From NCBI RefSeq assembly GCF_963676685.1, contig NC_092351.1, positions 30,938,001 to 31,002,000 on the forward strand: a stretch of DNA of 64,000 nt, in the 5' to 3' direction. The notes beneath the pieces were generated by a model that was given only the letters and a program-made list of their open reading frames with translations, did not search any database and was not told where the DNA came from. The position numbers were made by a program, and so were the translations under genes. This document shows positions 51,950 through 64,000 of this stretch, piece by piece; positions within the stretch are counted from its first letter, which is position 1; each line of letters starts with the position of its first letter. The stretch comes from Mytilus edulis. Lineage: Eukaryota.

Positions 51950-53160
51950 TTAAGGAAATTTTGCCGATTTTTGGTCATTATCTTGAATATTATTATAGAT
52001 AGAGATAAACTGTAAAGAGCAATATTGTTCAGCAAAGTAAAATCTACAAATAAGTCGACATGACCAAAATGGTCAGTTTGTTTCTTAAGGAGTTATTGCC
52101 CTTTATAGTCAATTTTTAACAGTTTAAAAAAAAATTTGTAATCTTTTACAAAAATCTTCTCCTCTGAAACTACTGAGACAAATTTAACCAAACTTGTCCA
52201 CAATCATCATTCGGGTATATAGTTTTTAATTTGTGTTCGATGACCCCGCCCGTGAACCAAAATGGCCGACATGGCTCAAAATAGTACATAGGGTAAAATG
52301 CAGTTTTTTGCTCATATCTTAGAAACCAAAGTATTTGGAGCAAATATGACAGGATAATATTGTTCATTAGGTTCAGATCTATCTGCCCTAACATTTATAC
52401 CATTCAGGCAACCCGTTCTTGGGTTCCTACCCCTGAATTGGTAATTTTAAGAAAATTTTGCAGCTTTTGGTTAATATCTTAAATATTATTATAGATGGAG
52501 AATAACCGTAAACAGCAATAATGTACATTGAGGTAAGACCTAAAAATAAGTCAAAATGACCAAAATGGTCAATTGATCCCTTAAGGAGTTATTGCCCTTT
52601 ATAGTCAATTTTTAACAATTTTCTTTAATTTTGTAATTTAAAAAAATGTTATACACTTTAACTACTGGACCAAGTTGAATGTTCCTTAAATTCTTGACTT
52701 ACATCTAATTTATAATTACGGACGCCATCACGAGTTGGTTGACCGTTATGGAATAACCGTTTCACAAATGATATCGGATATGTTCCTTACGTCGTGACTA
52801 CAATCCCCTTCCCTTTCATGAATGTGACCTACCGAATTAGACTATTTACCGGATTTGTTATCACATAAGCAACACGACGGGTGCCACATGTGGAGGAGGA
52901 TCTGCTTACCATTCTGGAGCACCTGAGCCAGTTTTTGGTGGGGTTCGTGTTGCTTATTCTTTAGTTTTCTATGTTGTGTCATGCGTACTATTGGTTGTCT
53001 GTTTGTCTTTTTCATTTTTAGCCATGGCGTTGTCAATTTATTTTCAATTTATTAAGTTGACTGTCCCTCTGGTATCTTTCGTCCCTCTTTTAAAGATAGA
53101 GATAATTGTAAGCAGCAAGAAATAAAGTAAGATCTCAATCACATCACCATCACCAAAACA
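51950..53160 (+). mobile_element. Partial HINE-like family A element interrupted by a retroelement 3' end (~52715-53090)
   Basis: Reverse complement of the 29287 internal unit. The insert encodes YGRHHELVDRYGITVSQM, resembling an RT C-terminus (inferred Penelope-like). Confidence 0.55.
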
Positions 53161-55999
53161 CTTTTAAATGATTTACTTTTCAATACTGCATTGAGAAAAA
53201 GAAGGGGGGGATGATACAAGTAACTTTATTTTGTGACACAGTATATAATTCAATTATAATGATTTGTATTCAACAAATTGTAGGATTCTACCATGCCAAG
53301 AAATCATCGCTAAAAATTCCGGTAGACCTCCTATTACTAAGTAGTAGTTTAAAAACTGTAAAGATTTAATTGATTTCATTCAACACATTAATTTATGACC
53401 TGCATGTACGTGTCGCCTAGAACACGGTCATATACCAAATGGTCAACATTAATCATCCAATGTGATTTGCTCTATGGGATGTTTGCAAAATTTCAACGGA
53501 GGCAATTTCTTGGCATGACGAAACATCATCCCAGCAATAAAAGAATATGTTTGAAAGAACTATGTACTCGGCTACCTTTTTTTCGCCAATTCGTTTTTTA
53601 AAATGTCTTGGTTTCTTCAATTTGAATATTAGAAAAGAAAACTATTTAAAAACGAAAACTTGATAAAGTGAGAAACAAGTTTCTTTCATTAGTAAAAATT
53701 GCTGCTTCATTGCGTATTTCAGAGTTCGAAGCCTACCGTGACAATCTTATTTGACTAGGATTGACAGTTTCCTTGCCGAAGGTCAGTGGTTCTCTCCGAG
53801 CGTCACAGCTTTCTACATTAAAAAAAGCTGGGCGCCATAAAATAGCAAATAACCGGATAAGAGTGGCATTAAAGACCAACAATGAATACATCAATCATTG
53901 TACATCTTAGACTTTTTACACACAGATAATAGTTTTATTAAACACGAATCTATTTATTTTGAAATTGAATGTGACAATAGCAATTTTCCCGCATCGTACA
54001 ACGATGAATCCGGATGGCACTGTAATATGTGCCGCTGGTATGAAAAAGCTTAACCTTTAAAAATTTTGAATTACTAGAAGAAAAGATGGATTTTAAAGCA
54101 GAGCTTTTTAAAAATTTTGTCAGATATTTCAAAATGAAGAAAAGACATTTAAGATTTCCAAGGATAAGGCAACATAGAAGGGGACTATATTTAAAGGTTG
54201 GTGTGTCCATCATATTATATATGTGGCAACTTTTTTTGTTTCAGTCTTATAACAAATTAAACTTTTCAAAGTTATATAAGTTCAATTACTAACTTACATT
54301 TGACAATTTATACATGTTATAATGTAGAATATCTATTTTATACAGAAAAGGGTGTTTTCTATGTCAAAAAGTTGCAAAATTTCTGAGAAGGAATGGAGCA
54401 GTCCATATTCAAAGGCAGAATTTGTTAACTTAGTAGAAAGGTCTTTGACAAGCAATACTTTGAACCACTGACAGAGTTTTTAACGATCCAATGAACAAAA
54501 TTGAAAACAAAGTATTGCCCCTGTCAATCTAAAGAGTGTAGGTTTCAGCTCGAGCGTTCCCACATGTCCCAGTGAAGCTTTTTTTTACAGTTAAAAAACT
54601 AGAGGAACAGAAAATCAGATCATTTCGTCTTTTTCTATTTTGTTCTTTGAGTCTCTTTTTTGCTTTTCAGGCTTTACTTTATCATGCATGCCATAAAACT
54701 TAAACTCAACTTGTTCTAAAACAATTTTTACGTGTGCATTGTGCTTCAATATGAAATTATGGGGTAAACGTCAATGATACAGCAACTTAGTGACAGAAAC
54801 AACAAAAATACAAGTCTTGTGCTCGGTTTGACAGTAAACCAGATACTATGATATGCGAGATTTCCTCACAGGAGAAATGAAGAAAGACCATTCACAATTT
54901 GCCTTACATTTGTTTTTCCTTCTATTAATTAAATAAAAAAAAAACACTTTCAAATGTAGAGTTCATTAGATACAAATATTCCCTGTGGAAGAGCACCCCC
55001 CCCCCCCCCCCCCCCCCCCCAACATACACACACGTTTTTTTTTCTCTCGTGCTCTCCGATTTCAACCATCAAATAAAGTTTTCCAATCTAATTAAAATTA
55101 GAAAAGAAAAAGAGAGAAGGATCCTTTTTAGCAAAGGTTGCCGGGGGTAACCTTCTCTGTGTTTACGATATACATGAAATATTTGCCACTGCCCCTTGTC
55201 TGTTCTATAAACCCTTACCCTGAATTTACTATCTGTTACTGTTTGTAAAGGGGTTTACTGCTTTTTATCTCGATCTTATTCCAGCATATTTCACTGTTGG
55301 TGTCCAGTGTGTTTTCAGCTGTAGATAACATGTCTTTCAAGTTCTTTATACTAAGTTTAAAACCCGGCCCTCCACCTCCATGTCCTATCCCAAATTCACG
55401 ATCTTTTCTTTTATACTTAATGAGTTCTGCAGTGCATTTGACATGGTTTTATCTAGGTGTGTTTCGGCTGCATGTATTATATGGGGTTTAATAAATCCAG
55501 AAATTTTTATTTTATTTTATTTAAGATTTTTTAAAATCTAACTTTATTTTAACATTTATTCCTAATTGGTTTTATCTAGGTGTGTGTTTAGCACAGGCTC
55601 TTGTCTCAATCCCCCCTATACACCTTTATATAACATTAAGGTATATAGGAAAAATAATTCCGAGACACTGAAGTGTCTGTGCATGGTGTTTAAGTTGCAT
55701 GTATTATATGGGGGTTTCTAATGCAGAATTTTTTTATTTTTTTTTTTAATTTTAAAATCTAACCTTTTCCACATTGTTTGTATTATTTCTTTTCCCAAAT
55801 TTTGGGTAAAATCAGGTATCAAACATCCAAACATACTATCCGCACTCATCTGTGTCCACACTTGTATAGTGGAAAATATATGTCATTGCCGTAATGTTTA
55901 TCAACCAATCAGAGACGTTTTAACAAACACGTATCAACGTTTTGGACGCATCGAGATTCTTCCTTCAATCCTACGCAAAAGGAAGTATTGATGTGCAAT

Positions 56000-58900
56000 A
56001 TGGCAGCGATGTGGACGTTGTTGAAAGTTTTTCTGACAGTTTTCTGTTTAAGCCTTATTCAGAATTCATTTGCTGTGCAGAAAAATAAACAGGTATATAA
56101 TTCGTCTATTTGATTACGCATTGTCTTTTTTGTGAGAATTATCAACGGAAATCCTGCGCTATATATCGGACACAATCTTGCCGGCTTACATTCATGACTC
56201 TCCTTGAGTTTACCATACCGGCTTACCAGTCAATATAATACTCTAATATCATGAATATCATTCGTCTCACTAATTAGCGACAAAAAAAAAATAGTGACGA
56301 GAAGACTATTTTATAGCGACTCTGTTTTTTATTAAAATAAATATATTAAAAAATATGCAATGACATTTTTATTTTAAAACACAGCAGTGATTTACCTTTT
56401 TTTTAATTATTATTATATTGATAGATATAGAAATTTCCCTGTCATATAATGCTTTTAATTTTTACATGTATCCTAGTGTTATCGGTTTTCGATATTGTAA
56501 CAAACTTTTGCTCCGTAGGCCCAGTTCTTCAAATAAATGTGGTCAAAGCTCAAAGCCAGTCTTTAAGATGAACTGTTAAATCTACAGGCCCAGAGCTCAA
56601 TTTTTGAAATTTTTTAGTTAGATTATATTGGCCTGTAGATATGATTTTTACAGGCCCAAGAGCAATTTTACAAGCCTGGGCTGCCACTCAGCGTGAAGAC
56701 TGCAAAGCTGATTGTGTTAATTTAGTAGATACTTTAATTCATTTCCTATTAATTTTTTTATCCTCACGATTTTCTCTTGGGTAAATTAAGAAAAATCAAA
56801 ACATCTGTTGTTGTGCATAATTTTGACAGAATAAAAACTCGCTTCAAGCATGCATAAATTTCAACATTTGAGCTGCGTCGGATAGAAATCGACCTTATGC
56901 AAGTGCATGTACACATATACATATCTAAGACTTTGATCGATTTTGGAATAACTAAGATATAAAAGCTGCATTTGAAATACGGAAATTGAGAAAACATGTG
57001 CGATTTCGCGAACTACTTTTATTCTTACCACATGCATTGCTATCGAAATCTAATTACTATCGAGAACAGATGACTTCACGATACTTGTGTTTTAGAACAA
57101 TTATATATTTATTTTATAAATTTTTTAACACTCTCTCTGTCTAAATATAATAAACTGACTGCATACAAAATGCATTATTCGTAAATCAATGTCCTGAAAA
57201 GTGGAAAAACTTTTTTCAAACTTTCAGTGAATTTTATGACCTTTCAACAGAAGCTTTCGCTGTCAAGAGACGGCTTAGTGTCTGTGGAAATATCTAATCA
57301 CAAATGCACCATATCCACTTTCAAATCTACTTTAATTTTGCAGTAAATTTCAAAGAAAAAGATTTAGCAATTGACATTAGACAATGATTGAGACATCAAA
57401 ACTGGTACATGTATTACCACCTGAATTGTTTTTATTTTTCGCTAATCATGTTTATTGATTTGTTTATGTTATAAATTAGGATGTAAGTTTTCTCAATTGA
57501 ATTGTTTCATATTATTCATGTTGGGGCCTTTCTACGCAACTATCGGATAGGATTTTTTCATATTGTTGAAGGCCTTATGGTTGCTTATAATTGCTTACAC
57601 CTACTTGAATGATCCTTATCATTTTAACTTTGATGGATAGTTTTCTCGTTGGCAATCCTGTAACATCTCCTTATCTTAAATTGTATACAGATACATGACA
57701 TATATTTATCAATGCCATGTACATGCAGTCTTCAACAAAAAAGTAACTTACCTAGACAATATATATGTCAAGTCTTAAAACACACCAATGTTTTTGTTAT
57801 TTAAATCTATGAATTGATACTAAAAAAAATTCCCATATCAAAATATGTTTGATGAAAAAAAGTCTATTATTTTCATTGTCTTATAGGATTTATTGACTGA
57901 CAAGGTACAACAGATGACAGAATGGAACAACAAGAAATCAGTTATCAAGTTTAATGGAGATAAATTTAAACAGTATGTCAGAACTGCACCTAGGAATTAT
58001 TCAGTTATCGTCATGTTAACTGCTCTACAGCCTAAAAGACAGTGTTCTGTATGCAAGTAAGTTTCATGGTGTTTATTGTTTATTAACTCAATACATATAT
58101 CATGTTTATATTTGTTCTTAAACAATGATAAACTGAACTTTTATTTTTTTCAAATGCTTAATATCATTAATATACAAATACACAGATTTAAGTCATGTTA
58201 TTACAATGTACCAGTTTATTATAACCAATACAAAGTACAAAGATTGACATGGAAATTTGGATATCAATAAAACTTAATCATACATAGACATATTGCAAAA
58301 CAACTTGTTTGTAAATGTTACAAATTCTACATTATATGGTATAGTGGGTTATTTCAGTGGGTATTACTGTAAGATTTCACGATTTAGGAGCATCAAAGTA
58401 TACGAAAAATTTGGGCATTTTTTATTTTGGCTGACTCTTTTATCCCAATTAAACATGTTAGATTTTTTGCAGATGACAGAAATCATGGAAATGGTTGCAG
58501 TTAAAAAAAAAATATAAATTGACTGTTGTCAATGATTGTTATGGTTAAATGATTGTTTTATTTAATACTGATTATATTTAAATACACTTAATCAATAAAA
58601 TACCAGTACTTAGATTTTTGTCACAGGTGTAAAATTCTGGTAAATGTTACGGTTGATTAGTTACGAAATTGATCGGGCCTTTTGGGATTCCCCATTACCA
58701 GCCAAAATAAGTAAAATAAATACCCTGTATAAATAACCTGTTATACAGTAGTAGAAAGATGGTTGCTATTCATGCTTTATCAACTGGTAGTGATAGGTTG
58801 TTGTTTGCTAAATTTCCATGGGCAAACATTTTATGCATATTTAGGAAGACATTTGAGGTAAACCATATCATGAAACTAGGTACTGTAAATTTTATTAATA

Positions 58901-61900
58901 TTCATTGGATACTAATTTTCGTGGATTACGTGGTTACAGGGGAATCAAAAATTTAAATATTCAACGAATAAGAATTTTTCTAAAGGAATGTATGCAGACT
59001 TTGCCAAAAACAATATCCATGAATATGCAAGTTTTCCTCAATCCACGAAAATTGATACCCACAAAAATGAATGAATCCACAGAATTCAAGCACAAATTTG
59101 ACAAAAAATACACAGGACCACCAGGCAACATAACCCCATTCATCATTGTTCATATTTAAGATTTCGCCTGCATTTATTTATTTCAGACAGGCTAATGAAG
59201 AGTATGTAATCCTAGCTAATTCTTGGAGGTACTCCCAGCAGTATTCTAACAAACTATTTTTCGCTATGGTTGATTATGATGATGGTGCAGATGTGTTTTC
59301 ACAGGTATAATATATTTTATACATGTAATATAAGAATGACATTGCTGTGTACGTTTTAGAAACAAACAAAATAAGCGTTTCTAAATTCTTCTTTATTAAA
59401 AATGTTTAAAGTATATTACAAATACATGAAATATAAGGAAAATGTTAATAGTTAATTACATAGAGAGAAAAAAACTTGTAATGATTTTTATAAATCTACC
59501 TACCGGTATCTATACTATTAAACGAGAAGACCTCATTTTGGGTGTCGCTTCTCCTCCTTCCACAATAAATTAATCATCATGCCTCTGTGTCCTATAGGTA
59601 ACATGTATAGTCGCATTTGTCATCCATTCTTATGATCATTCAGTTGGGGTTATTTTGGAATAAAAACGAAAAAGAATGCGTCCGGATATTTTCCCGTCAT
59701 TGGACAAAACTTTAAGTCAGATTAGACTTCCGGTTTGTGTTTTTCTGTACTTTGAACATACAAAGACTATGAATAAAGTATATACATTTGCTTTCTGCTG
59801 TCATTTTGAGTTCTAGCATGTATCATCCTTGCTTAACGTGTTTCAGTTTGGGTTATTTTGGGAGGAAAACGAAAATGAATAATATTTGCTATTTACTATC
59901 AATTAGTTTACAGTGGCGGATCCAGAACTTTTCATAAGGGAGGGGGGCACTGACTGACCTAAAAGGGGGGCGTTCCTCTCATGCTTCAGTGATTCCCCAT
60001 ATAATCAACAAATTTTTTTCAACGACCCTCCCTGGGATCCGCCTATGGTTTACTATCAACGGCGGTCACTGCGGATATATTTCTGTATACATACATTTAC
60101 TATGAATAACTGTATTTGTTATAATTTACTATAAATTCCAATGGTTATCTTGGGAGGGGGGATCTTTACTATTTATGGCGTTCACTGATGTATATATATA
60201 TATATATATATAAGTACTTTTGACTTTTGATACCTCTCCTGAAATTATCTGAATAGTAATTAAAGAATATATGCATGTTCATAGAGTACAGAAAAACAGA
60301 AGGTATAAAAATCGGTATTTGGAAAATAGGGGGAGGGCAAAAAAATATGTCCAGTCTCTAAGTACCTTAGACTTTTGATACCTCTCCTGAAATTCTCTGT
60401 ATAGTAATTAAAGTATATATGCATGTTCATAGAGTACAGAAAAACAGAAGGTATAAAAATCGGTATTTGGAAAATAGGGGGAGGGCTAAAAAATGTGCCC
60501 AGTCCCTAAGTACCTTTGACTTTTGATACCTCTCCTGAAATTCTCAGTATAGTAATTAAATTACAGAAAAACAGATGGTATAAAAATCGGTACTTGGAAA
60601 ATAGGGGGAAGGCAAAAAATGTGCCCAGTCCCTAAGTACCTTTGACTTTTGATATCTCTCCTGAAATTCTCCAGTCAGTATATTTTTTTTACAGTTTACA
60701 TACGCTCTATTTCCCCGCGATTTCGCGGGTATGTTCTAGTATAATTATTAAACTTAAAAAACAACAAATCAGAATCATAGGGATAAATGGAAGTTCAAAC
60801 AACATTAAACAGATAATGTTTCAATCAAATTAAGTAGGGAGAACATGGTAATACCATATCAATACAAATCCTGCTTTGCACTAGGGTGACAAGTTGAGTC
60901 AGATTTTAAACAAACTAAATCATGTACATGTAGCTGATAATTTATTATTCCTAAGTTCCACTGCCACTCCATCATTGATAGGTTATGTAGGTTATTCTGA
61001 CATTGAAGAACCAAAAATGTTCTCCGATTTGAAAAGACTTGTGCTATCTAGTGAGCAGCATTATTGTATTAATGTATAAACTTTATTTTTCTAGCTGAAG
61101 ACGAACACTGCTCCAGTATTTATGCATTTCCCAGAAAAAGGCAAGACAAAGAAAGGAGACACTTTGGATATTAACAGGTTTATCATAACAGAATTATCAT
61201 ATAGCATGAATAATTAAAAACAAAACTTTGCAGAAATTGACATTTGAAAAATTACAATGGACTACAAAAGACATTTTTTCATTAATTGATGTTTTCTTGA
61301 TGAAATAAAATTTCATTGATAGAAAAAAAGTAAAAGAGCAAAATTATAGAACTCTGAGGAAAATTCAAAACCAAAAGTCCTTAAGCAAATGACAAAAACA
61401 AAGGCTCAAACACCTCAAACAAATAGATAACAACATAACAACTGTCATATTCCCTACTTGGTAACAGCATTTTATTATGTAGAAAATGGTGGATTAATCC
61501 TGGTTTTATAGCTAGCTAAATCTCTCACTTATATGGCAGTCACTTAAAATTCCATTATATTGACAACAATGTGTTATATTTATCTTTTTATGTGTTTAAC
61601 AATTTAATAGGTTGAAAAGTTGATTATTTTATATAGCCAATAACACTTTGCCATCTCGTCCTTCTTGTGAAATAAAAACTTTTTTATTTCAGAGTAGGAT
61701 TTTCTGCAGAAGCCATTGCTAAATGGGTACAAGAGAGAACTGATGTCCAGGTAGTGTTATGTTGATGGCATTATTCAGTAAAATATAAATGTATATGTAC
61801 TATTACAGATGTAACCTTGGTCGATGTGCAGGCTATGACAATACAGCCTCTATTAATACAGTCGATTCCACTTAATTGCATACCGCTTAATAGCATAATT

Positions 61901-63810
61901 CGGTTAATTGCATAGTTTTCTCCTGCACAAAACCATTTCCCATTCATCTAATGTTAAATTGTCCGGTTATATGCATAGCTCTACAAGTGGCCTTTCGGTT
62001 TATTGCATAGAAAATTATTGCCGTCTAGATATGCTTAGTTAAAACTGACGAGATTTTTGACCGGAAACGATCATTTGGTAAGCATATTTTTCTTGAATGC
62101 ATTCTTATTTTCGTTATTATTTCATATTTACTTTAGTGTTATTGAAACAAAGTTTTAAAACAGTTTCTTTCGTGTTTATATTATGGAATTTGATTAAAAA
62201 TAAACCTCGATGTCTGCACAGGTAAAGTTTCCCATGTTCTATTTTAAGCCTCGAGGTCATAAAAATGTCAAACAGATAATTGTTGTAAAAACACTGACCA
62301 TTCTACTTCAAAGGGTGTTAATAATTGATTGGATTTAAACAATTGTCCATAGATTACATTTGGGGTTAATTTTTAAAACAAAAACTCCTGTTAATTATCG
62401 ATCATAACCAATGTGAACTCTATTGGGCTTGGGGTGATCTTTATTAATGTTAATATTATAGGGCATTTACATATGGTTAAAAGAATTTTATACATCAATC
62501 ATTTGTTTTTAAAATTTTATGAAAAGAGCATTTACTTTTAATTATTATATTTTCTCACTTTCAACACTTGTGTCCAGCAATTAACCCGTACAGGACCCCA
62601 CCATTACTGCTTTGCATATACGAAACTAACAAGTTGTTACTTCAGTGCCCAACTGCATAATTCATTACACATCTATTGTTAAAATAATTATAAACTGTGA
62701 AGTATTGTTTAAAAGTTTATTTTAATCAAAGCCTAACAATGTACATTGTACATATGGGTCATAGAAACAAATCTATTTTTAGAACAGTTTATTTTCGTAT
62801 CCCAGGTAAAGGAAAGTCTGAATGCAAATAAACTAAAACTAAATGTGTTTATAATCTTTATTTAAAGAAACAAAATAAAATAACACATATGACACTAGAG
62901 TAGACATAAAAAATTTATTATAATAAATCATCATTCAGTATATTGTATGTGGATTACAGACGTTCATCTTTCTTCAGGGATTTCTTTTACTGATCTGTTC
63001 TATCGATGTTATTTGACTCTGTCATTTGGCATTTCGGATATAAGCATACTCCGCTTTATTGCATAATTTTGTCTGACAAATAGACTATGCAAATAACAGG
63101 AATCTACTGTACAAACTTTTTTTTTTCTTATGGCTTTCAATATTTTAAAGGTTAGGGCTATTCCAGAAAAAAATGTAGGGGGGGGGGGGTGTTGGAAGGC
63201 ACATTATATTAATAATACATGGGTGATGGGTATCAGAGCAACTTTTCACACTATAATGTACTATAATTCTCAATTACAAGTGTCTGGGTGGTGGGTGCTG
63301 ACAAAAACTGCCTTCCAACCCCCCATACATTTTTTTCTTGAATAGCCCTTAGCTAACTTCTTCTTGTTGCAGGTCATGACAGAGCTAAAAATAAAAAAAA
63401 AATAATAAAAGAATTCCTTGCTCCTGTATTGAATTAACAGACATGAGTTTGAGCTATAAGCTTTGAGAATACACTAATGCTCTGAAAAGAAAGGTCACTT
63501 ATGTTAAAAATAGTACTTGTTTTTCATTTTCTTATAATTATCTAATGGTGACTAACTAAATTTTCAATTTTAGAAATCTGCCTGCAATGCTTTTCACACA
63601 AAACAAAACTTTTAAATATAACATTGCCAATAATTTAACAAATGATTTTAAATTAATTTTATTTTACAGATCAGAATATTCCGTCCTCCTAACTATTCAG
63701 GAACACTTGCTTTAGCATTGCTGTTTGCCTTGATTGGTGGATTGCTGTATTTAAAGAGAAACAATTTAGAATTTATCTACAACAAAACATTTTGGGGAAT
63801 CGGTGCACTG
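56000..63810 (+). CDS. TUSC3: TUSC3/MAGT1 (OST3/OST6) oligosaccharyltransferase subunit, 5' part; continues beyond the window
   Basis: Exons 56000-56092, 57887-58056, 59187-59304, 61095-61177, 61693-61750 and 63670-63810, phase-consistent. Signal peptide, [40 protein letters not shown] plus TM. The CSVC motif is TUSC3-like. Confidence 0.93.
60213..60670 (+). repeat. ~147-bp tandem repeat (about 3 units) in a TUSC3 intron
   Basis: Repeated aagtacc..gacttttgatacctctcctgaaatt..ggtataaaaatcggta. Confidence 0.8.
61859..63109. mobile_element. Tc1/mariner-type non-autonomous element (TA TSD)
   Basis: ta|cagtcgattcc ... ggaatctactg|ta, with subterminal ttgcata repeats. Confidence 0.65.
63155..63348. 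mobile_element. PIF/Harbinger-type MITE (TTA TSD)
   Basis: tta|gggctattccagaaaaaaatgta ... tacattttttttcttgaatagccc|tta. Confidence 0.75.
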
Positions 63811-64000
63811 GTAAGATATTTTTTTAAAATAAAGGTTTGAAATTTGTAGGACATTACCTAAAAAAAATGAGGTAACTTTTGCATCAAATCAATGAGTTGA
63901 TATTCTGATAAAAAATGTTTGAATTATTTGTTCCCCAAGTGCATTTGATAATTATGTACATTTGAAAGTGATCGAAAAATTATGAAAAATATTTGTTTTT

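Noticed and set aside
53950-54700. Possible transposase/zinc-finger remnant
   Set aside because: Only a weak CxxC-like hint, with multiple stops; not supportable without a search.
55240-55440. Possible divergent gene exon upstream of TUSC3 (minus strand)
   Set aside because: Translation (YKRKDR..GGG; EICWNKIEIKSSKPLY) resembles a degraded LINE endonuclease, and no multi-exon model could be built.

Overview
AT-rich, intron-containing eukaryotic DNA. The repeat content looks like a bivalve, most likely Mytilus (inference). Three spliced host genes can be rebuilt by hand: a 6-exon secreted Cys-containing protein of unknown family (+, 1792-7732, 304 aa), a gamma/delta/zeta-sarcoglycan (-, 24784-32878, 293 aa), and the 5' part of TUSC3/OST3-OST6 (+, 56000->63810). 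The rest is dense with mobile DNA: a decayed Ngaro-type tyrosine-recombinase retrotransposon with an SGNH hydrolase ORF (13009-19729), an apparently intact Sola-like DNA transposon (34350-39849), a 5'-truncated CR1-like LINE, Helentron-type non-autonomous elements carrying satellites, many MITEs, and hammerhead-ribozyme (retrozyme/Penelope-type) repeats. The most novel signal is a 58-nt pseudoknotted RNA motif supported by six compensatory base-pair changes. It is shared by the hammerhead retrozyme (9918-9975, +) and a 157-bp tandem array that has no hammerhead (18732-19596, -). It is a candidate new self-cleaving ribozyme or retrotransposition cis-element.
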